Shown here piece by piece: positions 21,467-31,528 of a stretch of DNA of 64,000 nt (position 1 is the stretch's first letter; every line of letters starts with the position of its first letter). Source of the stretch: Bacilli bacterium (GTDB lineage: Bacteria; Bacillota_I; Bacilli_A; RFN20; CAG-826); NCBI GenBank assembly GCA_028690575.1, contig JAQVAY010000001.1, forward strand, positions 1,163 to 65,162. The letters are read 5' to 3'. A model generated the notes under the pieces. The model saw only the letters and a program-made list of their open reading frames with translations, ran no database searches and had not been told where the DNA came from. A program made the translations under genes and the position numbers.

Positions 21467-21799
21467 ATGGGAAACAAAAGTATGCTTTGGTTTTGGCTCG
21501 TTGGAGCTGGCGCGATTGTCGTTGATTTTATCGGCTTTATTGTCGTGTTTGTAGCCGTCCTTACGGCTGTGCAATCTGGTGTGACCAACCCATATGCTAT
21601 TTTGTATGGAAGTATGTTTATATGGACAGTTGTAATTGGCATACTTTCCACTGTTCAGTTAATAATGGGTATTATTCATTTGGTTTTCTATTCAAAAAAC
21701 GAATTCGCGAGCGATTCGAAAGTTGGACATGCTTTATACCAACTCTTTTTCGGACTAGGTATTATTGGTTTAATAATCGTTCTAGTCATAAATCAGTAA
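21467..21799 (+). CDS. Small membrane protein (3 TM), hypothetical
   Basis: Hydrophobic 110-aa ORF with an AAAGAGG site. Confidence 0.55.
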   Translation: MGNKSMLWFWLVGAGAIVVDFIGFIVVFVAVLTAVQSGVTNPYAILYGSMFIWTVVIGILSTVQLIMGIIHLVFYSKNEFASDSKVGHALYQLFFGLGIIGLIIVLVINQ

Positions 21800-21842
21800 A
21801 ATTCATTTAAGCAAATGCGCAAAAGTTGTTTTTATTAAGAAA

Positions 21843-21863
21843 AAGACTCATTTTTTGAGTCTT
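21843..21863. terminator. Hairpin AAGACTCA-TTTTT-TGAGTCTT with A/T runs on both sides. Likely terminates tRNA-Ala (minus strand) and possibly the plus-strand membrane-protein gene.
   Basis: Inverted repeat with T-run on the minus strand. Confidence 0.5.
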
Positions 21864-21921
21864 AATTCTTTTAATTTATTAATCGAAATCTGCCATTTAG
21901 GCAAATCGTTTTTTTCTCATT

Positions 21922-21997
21922 TGGTGGATCTGACCGGGATCGAACCGGCTACCTCCTCGTTGCGAACGAGGCGCTCTCCCAGATGAGCTACAGACCC
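21922..21997 (-). tRNA. tRNA-Ala, anticodon CGC, 76 nt with encoded CCA
   Basis: Manually folded cloverleaf: acceptor GGGTCTG/CAGATCC with a G3:U70 alanine identity pair, discriminator A73, anticodon loop TTCGCAA, T-loop TTCGATC. It is highly similar to E. coli tRNA-Ala. Confidence 0.85.
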
Positions 21998-22063
21998 ATT
22001 TTTGACCGGCCCGATTATTTTACTTTCTTTTAATGACCTTTTCAATACTTTGGTTGATGCTTT

Positions 22064-23194
22064 TTAATCATTGAAAACACTGATATCTATTTCCATCTCT
22101 TCCTTTGTTCCACCAGCGTGATGGCCTTTATGCGCAACAAACTTTTCAGGACTTATTTCATTTGATGCGTAGAGGCAATAAACACCTTTGGCAATCGCGA
22201 TGAAGTCGCCAATAAAATTATAGGAGGCTGGGTGAGGTTGGCCTTTGCCAAAGAGTTCGTCTTTAAATACTGACTCCCTATTAATTAATTCAAAATGTTC
22301 CCCATAGTATTTGTTGAACAAGGAAGCAAATTCATCTTTCTTATTTGGCTTAACAAAGAAATTAACAACTCGCTTTTCGAAAGATAGGGGAAGATATAAT
22401 AAATTCTGTAGATCCTTATGCTCACAAATATCAAGATATTTGACATCAATTAAACCATGATCAGCAAAAGTAAAGAATATGGTATCTGAATTATTTTTCA
22501 CTATTTTTTTAACAAATCTTTGGATCTTTTTAATAACAAAATGGACCATAAAGTGGTCGACACCATAATGATGAATATAACCATCAGGAAGGGTCCAATA
22601 AAAATACACAAAAACTTTTTCGCTTTCCTTTAAAGCTTCGTTAATTATTTTTCGAGATTTTACGAGATTTGTTGCATTGCTATTCGATCTTACTTTTTGC
22701 GGAAAAATATCAAATACATTAACTGAAGAATTGGCCTTTTTTATTTGTTGGAATATGTTTTCATAAGGGCACTTTTCAGCAATGATTAGATTATCTTTAT
22801 CCCTAACAAGTGATCCGTCGCTACTTCTTGTATTTCTAAAAACCTCAATATCGCATTTAAATTCTTCAAAATATTGACTCCATGATAGCCAGCCAGTCTC
22901 GATAGGAAACTTTCCTGATAAAAACCCATTCGTTGAAGCAACTGTTGTCGGAGGAAAAGTAGCATCTATTGTTGTTAAATAATGTGAACGAATAACACCT
23001 TTTGTTTTTAAGTGTTTATCGATAATATACTTGCCAAGTCCATCAAAAAGCATGACAACAACTTTGTTGTGCCCTTGGAGTTTTTGGTCAATTTCAGGAA
23101 TTGTTTCGTGCCAAGTGGGGGCAGAAAAGTGTTTCAATAAGGAGTTAGAAAAGTTGACGATTGTATGATTATTTTTCAGTTCCATTTTCATCAT
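22064..23194 (-). CDS. Alkaline-phosphatase superfamily protein (type I phosphodiesterase / nucleotide pyrophosphatase family)
   Basis: MLFDGLG and FPPTTVASTNGFLSGKFP motifs similar to the NPP catalytic region. Confidence 0.55.
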   Translation of the reverse strand: MMKMELKNNHTIVNFSNSLLKHFSAPTWHETIPEIDQKLQGHNKVVVMLFDGLGKYIIDKHLKTKGVIRSHYLTTIDATFPPTTVASTNGFLSGKFPIETGWLSWSQYFEEFKCDIEVFRNTRSSDGSLVRDKDNLIIAEKCPYENIFQQIKKANSSVNVFDIFPQKVRSNSNATNLVKSRKIINEALKESEKVFVYFYWTLPDGYIHHYGVDHFMVHFVIKKIQRFVKKIVKNNSDTIFFTFADHGLIDVKYLDICEHKDLQNLLYLPLSFEKRVVNFFVKPNKKDEFASLFNKYYGEHFELINRESVFKDELFGKGQPHPASYNFIGDFIAIAKGVYCLYASNEISPEKFVAHKGHHAGGTKEEMEIDISVFND

Positions 23195-24416
23195 CCGTTA
23201 ATTCAACATAAGATTCATTTTGTGTGTCTTCGATTTCGCCAAGTTTACTGTTTCCTCTAATGGCTTCGAATTTGTTATTAATCTTGTTCACACGCGTATC
23301 TAATTGCTCTCTTGATTTTGTCGTTTTTTCTAAGCTATCAGAGAATTTGTCCCATTCACGGGCAAACATTTCAAAGTCTTTACTTAAACGTCTGAGCTGA
23401 CGATTAATTTCTTCAACATTCTTTGCTCTCTCCACTTGAATTTTAACCATATTTATGGTCACAAGTATGGCGGGTAGTGTGCTTGGAGAGGTTAAAACAA
23501 CTTTTTTATCTCGAGCATAATCTATAACATCACGGCAATTGTGATGAATAAACGCAAAAACTCCATCATTAGGAATGAACATTAAAGCCTCAGGAGCAGT
23601 TTTTCCTTCAACAATATATTTGTCCTTAATGGCAGTAATGTGCTTCTTTACAGCATTAGCAAAATCTTTTGTTAGGCTTGTTTTTTCTTCTTCAGATTGA
23701 GCATCAAACATACGAGCGTAATCTTTGAATGGGAATTTTGAGTCAATGCAAATCATATGATTGGGTTCGGGCATGAAAACGACCGCATCAGCACGCACAT
23801 CATCGCCGTCCTTTACCTTTTTCAATGTGTATTGTTCTTGGTAACAGCCCTCCGTATCGCCGAAAACATTATGGAGAACCATGCTCAATTGATATTCGCC
23901 ATATTGGCCTCGCGATTGATTGCCCTCTAGAACTTGTTTTAAAGAAACAACATCTTTTGATAAGTTTTCAATGTTCTTTTGCGCCGCATCAATGGCTTGG
24001 AGTCTCTCTCTAACTTGTGCCATGGATTCATTAGTAGTCTTGAATCCCTCAGACAATTTATCATCAACTTTTTTATTTATAAGGGCGATTTTCTCTTCCA
24101 TCTGTCTATTGAGTGCGTCAAAGCGGGTGTTAAGAGACTCAGAAATGGATTTTTGAAAGCGTTCCAACTTCTCATTGTTAACTTCGCTGTTTTTAATGGT
24201 TTGTTCGCTCACTTTGCCCATTTCTTTAACAACCGATAGTTCAATATCTCCTTTAATTTGAGAACTGAGTAAATCAATTTGCTTTTCAAGAGCTCCAATT
24301 TCTTTTAAATCAATTTTTGTTTCGATTGGTTGGGGTTTTCTTTTTACAATGACAAAAAGCAAAACAATAACCACCACCAAAGACAATGAAGACAAAATAA
24401 TTGTTGCGATTTCCAT
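23169..24416 (-). CDS. rmuC: DNA recombination protein RmuC
   Basis: N-terminal TM helix, long coiled-coil and a C-terminal RmuC nuclease-like domain. Confidence 0.85.
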   Translation of the reverse strand: MEIATIILSSLSLVVVIVLLFVIVKRKPQPIETKIDLKEIGALEKQIDLLSSQIKGDIELSVVKEMGKVSEQTIKNSEVNNEKLERFQKSISESLNTRFDALNRQMEEKIALINKKVDDKLSEGFKTTNESMAQVRERLQAIDAAQKNIENLSKDVVSLKQVLEGNQSRGQYGEYQLSMVLHNVFGDTEGCYQEQYTLKKVKDGDDVRADAVVFMPEPNHMICIDSKFPFKDYARMFDAQSEEEKTSLTKDFANAVKKHITAIKDKYIVEGKTAPEALMFIPNDGVFAFIHHNCRDVIDYARDKKVVLTSPSTLPAILVTINMVKIQVERAKNVEEINRQLRRLSKDFEMFAREWDKFSDSLEKTTKSREQLDTRVNKINNKFEAIRGNSKLGEIEDTQNESYVELTDDENGTEK

Positions 24417-24542
24417 ATCTTTCTAAACTCCTTATAACCTCAAATTATCATATAAATGATACCACATTATTAATTGATAATAGAAATATTGGTTTTCCTT
24501 AATGAAAAAAGGCAGTGCTTTCTTATAGAATGTAGATACAGT

Positions 24543-25793
24543 ATGACATTAGAACAAAGAAACATTATTGTAATCGATTTAAAGGCGTTTTATTCCTTTG
24601 TCGAATGTGTTGATCGCGGATTAGATCCTTGGTCTACTCCTTTAGTGGTCGCAGACAAAGAACGAGGGAAAAACACGATTGTTTTATCCGTCTCCCCATT
24701 TCTAAAATCTCAAGGAATACCTTCAAGACTAAGAGTTAAAGAACTTCCCGATAAATTTGACTATATATATGCCAAGCCAAGAATGGAAAGATACATTGAG
24801 ATGTCTACCAAGGTAATCGATATATTTTTGGATTTTGTCAGCAAAGATGATATTCATGTTTATTCAATTGACGAGGCGTTTTTAGACATAAGTAGCTATT
24901 TAAACTATTACCAAAAATCAGCCATCGAGCTTACCGAAATGATTTTACGTACTATTAAAGAAAAAACCAGTTTAGGTGCAACCGCCGGCATTGGAGATAA
25001 CTTTTTTTTAGCTAAAGTCGCCCTTGACATTTTTGCAAAAAAAGAGAAAAACGGCGTTGCAATCATAAGACAAAAAGATGTAAAAACTAAACTTTGGAAA
25101 GTTGCTCCTTTAAGCAAAATATGGGGTATTGGGGCTCGAACTGAAGAGAAATTGAATAAATTTGGTATTTTTTCAGTGAAAGATCTCGCTTTATCGTCGC
25201 TACAATTTTTGATGAATAATTTTGGAGTCATGGGTGAACAATTGTATAATCACGCTAACGGAATAGATGAGTCAGATATTCATGAAAAATATATTCCAGA
25301 ATCAACCAGTTTAACTATCGGACAAGTGTTATTTAAGGATTTCAACAAATCAAATATTACAACCATTATTCGCGAAATGTGTGATGACCTTTCCGAGAGA
25401 CTAAGAAAAGAAAATAAAAAGGCTGCTCGCGTTTCGCTTTATATCGGATATTCAAAAGAACAGGGCGGTTTTTCTCGCCAAGCGACACTTCTAAACGCAA
25501 CCGACGAAACACCAAAGTTATATGAGGCGCTTTTAGAGATTTTTAGTAACCATATACAAGATAGACCTATTCGCAATGTCGGTATGAGTTTTTCTTCGCT
25601 TACAAATTCGGAACATCAGCAATTAAATATATTTGAAGATCAATACAAACAAATAAAAAGCAGGGAATTATTATTCGCCATCGACGCCATACATCAGAAA
25701 TATGGTAAGAATGTTTTATTGAGGGCGTCTGCATTAACTGAAGATAGCACAGCCAAAGAAAGACATGAGCAGATTGGAGGTCACCATCGATGA
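24543..25793 (+). CDS. Y-family DNA polymerase (UmuC/DinB-type, YqjW/UvrX-like). Start trimmed to MTLEQRN.
   Basis: IIVIDLKAFYSFVE and SIDEAFLD catalytic motifs. Confidence 0.85.
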   Translation: MTLEQRNIIVIDLKAFYSFVECVDRGLDPWSTPLVVADKERGKNTIVLSVSPFLKSQGIPSRLRVKELPDKFDYIYAKPRMERYIEMSTKVIDIFLDFVSKDDIHVYSIDEAFLDISSYLNYYQKSAIELTEMILRTIKEKTSLGATAGIGDNFFLAKVALDIFAKKEKNGVAIIRQKDVKTKLWKVAPLSKIWGIGARTEEKLNKFGIFSVKDLALSSLQFLMNNFGVMGEQLYNHANGIDESDIHEKYIPESTSLTIGQVLFKDFNKSNITTIIREMCDDLSERLRKENKKAARVSLYIGYSKEQGGFSRQATLLNATDETPKLYEALLEIFSNHIQDRPIRNVGMSFSSLTNSEHQQLNIFEDQYKQIKSRELLFAIDAIHQKYGKNVLLRASALTEDSTAKERHEQIGGHHR

Positions 25794-26101
25794 GTGATAG
25801 AGGAATGAAAAAATGGCTGGCGTACCGCTCTTTAGTGGAACAAACTCCATCCATCGAAAATAATTATGCCAAAAGAGAAAAAGTGGAAAAACCTCTAATC
25901 TCGCAAGACGAAGCAGAGAACATTAATAATATTCTCACTAATTATCAGGGAGAAGCTTTGATTGTTTTGTTTTACCGCAACGGCAAAGTATGTGAAGAAG
26001 AGATAGTTATTAAAAAAATTGATTCATATGAAAGAAAACTCGTCACATCAAGTAGACGAGTAATCCGTTTTAATGAAATTGTTAATTTAAAGATTAAATA
26101 G
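25790..26101 (+). CDS. YolD-like protein (UmuD-like accessory of Y-family polymerases)
   Basis: DRGMKKW N-terminal motif, about 100 aa, translationally coupled (ATGA overlap) to the polymerase gene. Confidence 0.6.
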   Translation: MSDRGMKKWLAYRSLVEQTPSIENNYAKREKVEKPLISQDEAENINNILTNYQGEALIVLFYRNGKVCEEEIVIKKIDSYERKLVTSSRRVIRFNEIVNLKIK

Positions 26102-27320
26102 CCCAGTTTCCATCTTTGAAAATATGTGTCTTGTGTCCGTTTTTGTCTTCTCCAACAATATTTAAATCTCGCGTCCCAACCATGAAATCAACATGGATCA
26201 TTGAACTATTGATTCCATGGGCTTTCACTTCATCGGCGCTCATTTCTTCAGAATCAGGCAGGAGTTCTCTAAAACCAATTCCAACAGCGAAATGGCAAGC
26301 TGCGTTTTCATCAAATAAAGTGTTATAGAACAAAGTATTTGATTGTCTAATAGGCGAGTCGTATGGGACAAGGGCTACTTCGCCCAACATTCCCGCTCCT
26401 TCATCCATAGACACCATTTTTTCTAACAAACTTTGGTTTTTCCTGGCGGAAACTTTACTAACCTTACCGTTTTCAAATGTAATGCTAAATTCGTCAATTA
26501 TCTCGCCGTTATAGCTTAATGGTTTTGAGGCAACAAGAGTTCCCTCACAACGACCAGCATAGGGTGTAGTAAATACTTCTTCTGAAGGAATGTTAGGATT
26601 AAACTCACCCTTGTTAGGAATATTTTCTACTCCTCCACCCCAACGAACTCCAGGAATTAATTCTACAGAAAAGTCAGTTCCGTTAGATGATTTGTAATAG
26701 AGTTTATGAAGTTTTAAGTTCTCGAGTTTGTTTCTTTGATTGATTAAGAATTCATTATGTTTTTCCCAATTAACAATGGGGTCGTTCCCATCAACTCGCG
26801 AAGTAAGAAGAATCATGTCCCATAGTTTATCGATAGCGTCATTCCCTTTTAAATCAGGAAAAACTTTTTCCGCCCATCTCAAACCTGGAACGGCGGCGAT
26901 ACACCACTTGTATTTGCTTTCGAGTTGGTCGATATACTTTTTAACTTTTCTATATGTCTTGCTTCTTGCTTGGCTAAGCTTCTTTTGATTAACGCCTTTC
27001 ATAGCATCTGGATCATCTGAAATGATGTGTAAAATAGTAGGTAACTTTTTAAGTCGATATTTGTATCTAGCCAATGCAATTGAATTTACATCGCCTAATG
27101 TCGAGACCTTTTCATATTTATATGACAGTTTTGCAACTGGGTCATGAGTCCAACGTACTTCCACTTCTTTTGCGCCTGCTTTGTAGCATTCTTCCACGAC
27201 GATTGTGACAAAGTCGGGTTGATCGAGTTGGGCATTAATCCAAACGATTTCCCCTTTTTCGACATTTATTCCTTTGCGTACAATTAGTCTTGCGTAATCT
27301 TGTAATAATTTTTGGTTCAT
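26094..27320 (-). CDS. Aminopeptidase, M29 family (PepS/AmpS-like)
   Basis: 408 aa with M29-family sequence character. Confidence 0.8.
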   Translation of the reverse strand: MNQKLLQDYARLIVRKGINVEKGEIVWINAQLDQPDFVTIVVEECYKAGAKEVEVRWTHDPVAKLSYKYEKVSTLGDVNSIALARYKYRLKKLPTILHIISDDPDAMKGVNQKKLSQARSKTYRKVKKYIDQLESKYKWCIAAVPGLRWAEKVFPDLKGNDAIDKLWDMILLTSRVDGNDPIVNWEKHNEFLINQRNKLENLKLHKLYYKSSNGTDFSVELIPGVRWGGGVENIPNKGEFNPNIPSEEVFTTPYAGRCEGTLVASKPLSYNGEIIDEFSITFENGKVSKVSARKNQSLLEKMVSMDEGAGMLGEVALVPYDSPIRQSNTLFYNTLFDENAACHFAVGIGFRELLPDSEEMSADEVKAHGINSSMIHVDFMVGTRDLNIVGEDKNGHKTHIFKDGNWAI

Positions 27321-27396
27321 ATTTAAACTCCTTAGTGATTATAGAGTATATATTATACTGCATAGCCTGTATATAATAGTAAAGGAGGCATCAAAA

Positions 27397-28134
27397 ATGA
27401 AAAGTTTATATAAACGTTTTAAATGGTTAATAATTGTCTTAGGTCTCGTCGTATTTTCTCTTGGCCTCATTGTTTTAATAATTTCGATTAATAATAAAGA
27501 CATGTTCGATATAGTTTCCTACATCATTGCGGGGTATTGTTTTGCAATCGCATTGTTTAATCTTTTAGTTACCATATTATTAGAAAGAAAAGATGGTTAT
27601 AACGGCATAAGCATCAACCTTCTTTTCAGTGGATTGTTAATAGGCATTGGAATCGCACTCCTTGATAGCCAAATTATCAATGTGTTGGTTAATGTGTTGG
27701 TTAATTTCTTGCCGGCATTGTTTTTTGCACTCGCTGGTGTCGTATTAATAAAGTTCGTTTTGCTTGTTGCTGACAAAAACACAAGACGTGCTTATAGTTC
27801 TTGGGCAATTGCATTAATTTTATGGACGATGTTTTTAACACTTGGAATTGTTGTTTTAGTAAACAAATTAGATAATAACGCAGACTCACTAGAGACCTTT
27901 ATATTCGCTATCATCGGCATTGTTGTCATGCTTATTGGCTTGCTTGTTGCTACTTACGGCATTGTTTTAATCGTTCGTTCCAAAGAAAAACTCGAGAAGA
28001 AACCTATTAAGAAATCAAAGAAAAAAGCGAATGGTGCCGAGATCGATTCAACCAAAGAAATTGGCGAACCAAAACTTGTTGAACCCAAAGACGTCGTAGA
28101 TATCCAAACTCCGGTCATTAAAGAAGATAAATAA
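27397..28134 (+). CDS. Membrane protein with a K/E-rich C-terminal tail (DUF308/HdeD-like repeats)
   Basis: Multiple TM helices; contains an in-frame tandem 12-nt duplication. Confidence 0.55.
   Translation: MKSLYKRFKWLIIVLGLVVFSLGLIVLIISINNKDMFDIVSYIIAGYCFAIALFNLLVTILLERKDGYNGISINLLFSGLLIGIGIALLDSQIINVLVNVLVNFLPALFFALAGVVLIKFVLLVADKNTRRAYSSWAIALILWTMFLTLGIVVLVNKLDNNADSLETFIFAIIGIVVMLIGLLVATYGIVLIVRSKEKLEKKPIKKSKKKANGAEIDSTKEIGEPKLVEPKDVVDIQTPVIKEDK
27679..27705 (+). repeat. Tandem 12-nt repeat AATGTGTTGGTT, about 2.3 copies, encoding NVLVNVLV
   Basis: Seen directly in the sequence. Confidence 0.7.
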
Positions 28135-28150
28135 ACTTATACTAAAGAAA

Positions 28151-28174
28151 AAACACTTCAATTTTGAAGTGTTT
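28151..28174. terminator. Bidirectional hairpin AAACACTTC-loop-GAAGTGTTT between two convergent genes
   Basis: Inverted repeat flanked by A/T runs. Confidence 0.5.
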
Positions 28175-28190
28175 ATTGTGTCTTTTTGTC

Positions 28191-28436
28191 TTAAACGCCG
28201 GTCCCTGCTTGAATTAATTTAATAATAACAGCCAGTATGAAGAATATGATGGCAACAATAAGAGTGAGGATAGAAACTACTTTCTCAGCTCCTCTTTCTT
28301 TCGTTTTCACGAAAACATTTAATCCACCGCCAGTGATGGCGCCAGAAGCACCTTCAGATTTTCCACCTTGCAACAGAGTAAGGATAATGATCACAATAGC
28401 GACCGCTAATAAGACCCAGTCATACCAATCTAACAT
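28191..28436 (-). CDS. secG: Preprotein translocase subunit SecG
   Basis: 81 aa, two TM helices and a LLQGGKSEGASGAITGGG glycine-rich loop. Confidence 0.75.
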   Translation of the reverse strand: MLDWYDWVLLAVAIVIIILTLLQGGKSEGASGAITGGGLNVFVKTKERGAEKVVSILTLIVAIIFFILAVIIKLIQAGTGV

Positions 28437-28505
28437 ATATGTTCATCCTTTCTATTGATTGCTTAATAATAATAAATAAAACTCGACAATAAGGCAAACA
28501 AAACA

Positions 28506-30500
28506 TTATTGAATGTTCGTTTTCATTTCGAGAACGATATCGCGCAATTCAGCGGCTCTTTCAAAATCAAATTCTTGAGCTGCTTGTTTCATTTGCTTCT
28601 CTAATTCTTTAATTCGCTTATTGATTTCGGTTCTCGAACCATGTTTTGTGAGCTTAATCATTTCATCAATTTCATTCTCAGTATTATGAATTGGCAAACG
28701 AATTTCTTTAATAATTGTTCGAGGCACTATCCCGTTTTCTTCATTGAAATCATTTTGAATTTTTCTACGACGGTTTGTTTCGTCGATAGCGATTCGCATT
28801 GAATCAGTCATGTTATCAGCATACATCACAACCAATCCGTGTTGATTTCTCGCTGCTCGCCCAATAATTTGAATTAGCGAACGTGAACTTCTTAAGAATC
28901 CTTCTTTATCTGCGTCCAAGATTGTAACGAGTGATACTTCAGGTATATCTAATCCCTCTCTCAGCAAATTAATGCCAACAAGGACATCATATTTTCCTTT
29001 TCTGAGCTGATAGATAATTTCACTTCTTTCGAGTGTTTTTGTTTCATGATGTAGATATACAACTTTTATGCCTCTCTCTTTAAGAAATGAGGTTAAATCC
29101 TCCGCCATGCGAATAGTAAGAGTTATAATCATAGTGCGCTCATTATTCTTAACTCTTTGATTAATTTCAGATAAAAGGTCATCAATTTGCCCAATTGTTT
29201 TTCTTACTTCAACTCGTGGATCAAGCAAACCGGTTGGGCGAATAATTTGTTCAACAATCGGCCCATCAGATTTGTTCTTTTCATAGTCTCCAGGAGTTGC
29301 GCTTGTGCAAATAACAGTGGGCATCATTTTTTCAAATTCTTCAAACTTAAGTGGTCTGTTATCTAAAGCTGATGGCAAACGAAAACCATATTCAACTAGG
29401 TTAGTTTTTCTAGCTAAATCTCCGTTATACATGCCGTGCAATTGAGGAAAAGTAACATGTGACTCATCAATAAAAAGTAAAAAATCATCAGGGAAATAGT
29501 CTAAAAGACAAAATGGTCTTTCACCGGGTTTTCTTTTGTCAATGTGGCGAGAATAGTTTTCAATTCCAGGACACATGCCAAATTCTTGCATGCTTTCCAT
29601 ATCTTGATTTGTCCGATTTTCTAGTCGCTCTGCTTCTAATAATTTTCCACTTTCTCTAAAGAACTTCAAACGCTCACTTAATTCGACTTTAATAGTTTCA
29701 CATGCTTCCTTAATTCTCTTCCTAGTTGAAGCATGATCATAAGCAGGGAAAATAGGATATGTATGGTAATTATTTTTTATCTCGCCAGTAAGCAAATCAA
29801 CGAGCATAATCTTTTCAACTTCATCGCCAAAGGTGTCAATTCTAATGACATGGTTGTCTTCAGAGTTGGCGGGTATTACTTCAATAATATCTCCGCGAAC
29901 ACGGAAGGTTCCAGGGGCGGCATCTAAATTGTTTCTCTTGTATTGAGCATCAACTAATTTTTTAAAAAAATCAGACCGGTTAATTGTTTCTCCAACTCGA
30001 ACATTGAAGACTAAATTTTTATACTCGTCAGGATCGGTCAAACCATAGATAGAGGCCACCGAAGCAATGATAATGGTGTCGCGTCTTTCAATGATGGAAT
30101 TTATGGCGGATGTTCTTAACATTTCAATTTCTTCATTCATGACCGCACTTTTATCAATATAGGTATCTGATTTTGGAATATAAGCTTCGGGTTGATAGAA
30201 ATCGAAGTTTGAAACAAAGTATTCAACACGATTATGAGGGAAAAGATCTTGGAATTCGGAATAAAGTTGTCCAGCAAGGGTTTTATTATGGACTAAAACA
30301 AGAGCAGGTCGTTGAACCTGTTGAATTATATTGGCCATCGTAAAAGTCTTTCCCGTGCCAGTGGCACCGAGAAGAACTTGGAACTTCCGATTATTCGAAA
30401 TGCCATCAACAAGTTTTTCAATCGCTTGAGGCTGATCTCCAGTTGGTTTGAATGATGATACTAGTTCAAATTTGTGTTGTTCGTCCATTCGTTCCTCCAT
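28506..30500 (-). CDS. uvrB: Excinuclease ABC subunit B
   Basis: 664 aa with helicase motifs (GATGTGKT) and a C-terminal UVR domain. Confidence 0.95.
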   Translation of the reverse strand: MEERMDEQHKFELVSSFKPTGDQPQAIEKLVDGISNNRKFQVLLGATGTGKTFTMANIIQQVQRPALVLVHNKTLAGQLYSEFQDLFPHNRVEYFVSNFDFYQPEAYIPKSDTYIDKSAVMNEEIEMLRTSAINSIIERRDTIIIASVASIYGLTDPDEYKNLVFNVRVGETINRSDFFKKLVDAQYKRNNLDAAPGTFRVRGDIIEVIPANSEDNHVIRIDTFGDEVEKIMLVDLLTGEIKNNYHTYPIFPAYDHASTRKRIKEACETIKVELSERLKFFRESGKLLEAERLENRTNQDMESMQEFGMCPGIENYSRHIDKRKPGERPFCLLDYFPDDFLLFIDESHVTFPQLHGMYNGDLARKTNLVEYGFRLPSALDNRPLKFEEFEKMMPTVICTSATPGDYEKNKSDGPIVEQIIRPTGLLDPRVEVRKTIGQIDDLLSEINQRVKNNERTMIITLTIRMAEDLTSFLKERGIKVVYLHHETKTLERSEIIYQLRKGKYDVLVGINLLREGLDIPEVSLVTILDADKEGFLRSSRSLIQIIGRAARNQHGLVVMYADNMTDSMRIAIDETNRRRKIQNDFNEENGIVPRTIIKEIRLPIHNTENEIDEMIKLTKHGSRTEINKRIKELEKQMKQAAQEFDFERAAELRDIVLEMKTNIQ

Positions 30501-30505
30501 CGAAT

Positions 30506-31528
30506 TTATTCCTTTTTCGTCTTTTTCTTAGAAAAAATTTTCTTAAAGCCTTCGCCATAAACGGCGTTGGTTTGAGTAAATGTGATAAAAGCATTAGGGT
30601 CAGTTTTAACAATGAAGTCACGAATTCTTATATATTGGCTCTTATCAAAAACAACGCTTAGAATGACTCTTTCGTCACCCTTATATCCGCCTTGGGCGTG
30701 AATAATAGTGGCACCTCTACCGAGTACATCCTGCACATAAGCACTAATTTCTTTCCACTTGGAGGATATTATTTCTACCTTGTAACTGGTTTGAGCACCT
30801 ATGTAGACATATTCAATTAAAATTGCAGTAATAAACGCGGAGAGAATACCACATAAGCATTGAACAAGGAATGTTGAATCTTGAGGAAGCAATATAACCA
30901 AACCAACAAAAACGATTATTCCATCGATCAAAAAACTTCCAACGGATTGTTTGATGTTCAAATACTTATTCATGACAAAGTTGATGACATCAACACCACC
31001 CGAGCTTCCTCCACCCACAAAAGTAATAGAGACACCCGCTCCGACAATGACGCCACCGGTAATGGCGGCGAGTAAAATCGACCCAACATCTTCCACATTA
31101 GAAAGAATAGCGGTCGAAATATTAATGCACCACTCGCTTACATAGGGCATAAATGAAAGGAATGCTGTGGCAATAGGGACCATGATGGTTGATAGGAGTG
31201 TCTTAATAGCAAAGTCCTTGCCGATAAAGATTAAACCAATAATCCACAAAATTATCGAAAGAGAAGCAGTCGTAATGTTATAAACAAGGACCTTGTCACT
31301 ATCTTTGAAGAATGACTGAACGATGATGGATATTCCATTTAATCCACCAGCGTTAATCATTGCGGGACTAAGGAAAACAACGTTTCCAAAGGCTAGTAAA
31401 AACGAGCCAATGACAACAACGAAAATCTGCAAAGCATAATTTTTGAGATTAATTTTTGAAATTATTTTGTTCATTTTCTTTAGCCTCCTTTTGTAAATAG
31501 GCATAGATGAATCCTTCAATGTATCCAT
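30506..31528 (-). CDS. YitT-family membrane protein (DUF161 plus DUF2179); start uncertain because the ORF overlaps prfB
   Basis: Polytopic N-terminal region and soluble C-terminal domain typical of the YitT/YqfU family. Confidence 0.65.
   Translation of the reverse strand: MDTLKDSSMPIYKRRLKKMNKIISKINLKNYALQIFVVVIGSFLLAFGNVVFLSPAMINAGGLNGISIIVQSFFKDSDKVLVYNITTASLSIILWIIGLIFIGKDFAIKTLLSTIMVPIATAFLSFMPYVSEWCINISTAILSNVEDVGSILLAAITGGVIVGAGVSITFVGGGSSGGVDVINFVMNKYLNIKQSVGSFLIDGIIVFVGLVILLPQDSTFLVQCLCGILSAFITAILIEYVYIGAQTSYKVEIISSKWKEISAYVQDVLGRGATIIHAQGGYKGDERVILSVVFDKSQYIRIRDFIVKTDPNAFITFTQTNAVYGEGFKKIFSKKKTKKE

Noticed and set aside
17100-22000. Possible genomic island integrated at tRNA-Ala
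   Set aside because: No integrase or recombinase is present. No direct repeat of the tRNA 3' end was found by eye at 17.1-18.7 kb or 20.6-20.8 kb, and base composition is similar to the surroundings. The observation is kept only as a low-interest note.
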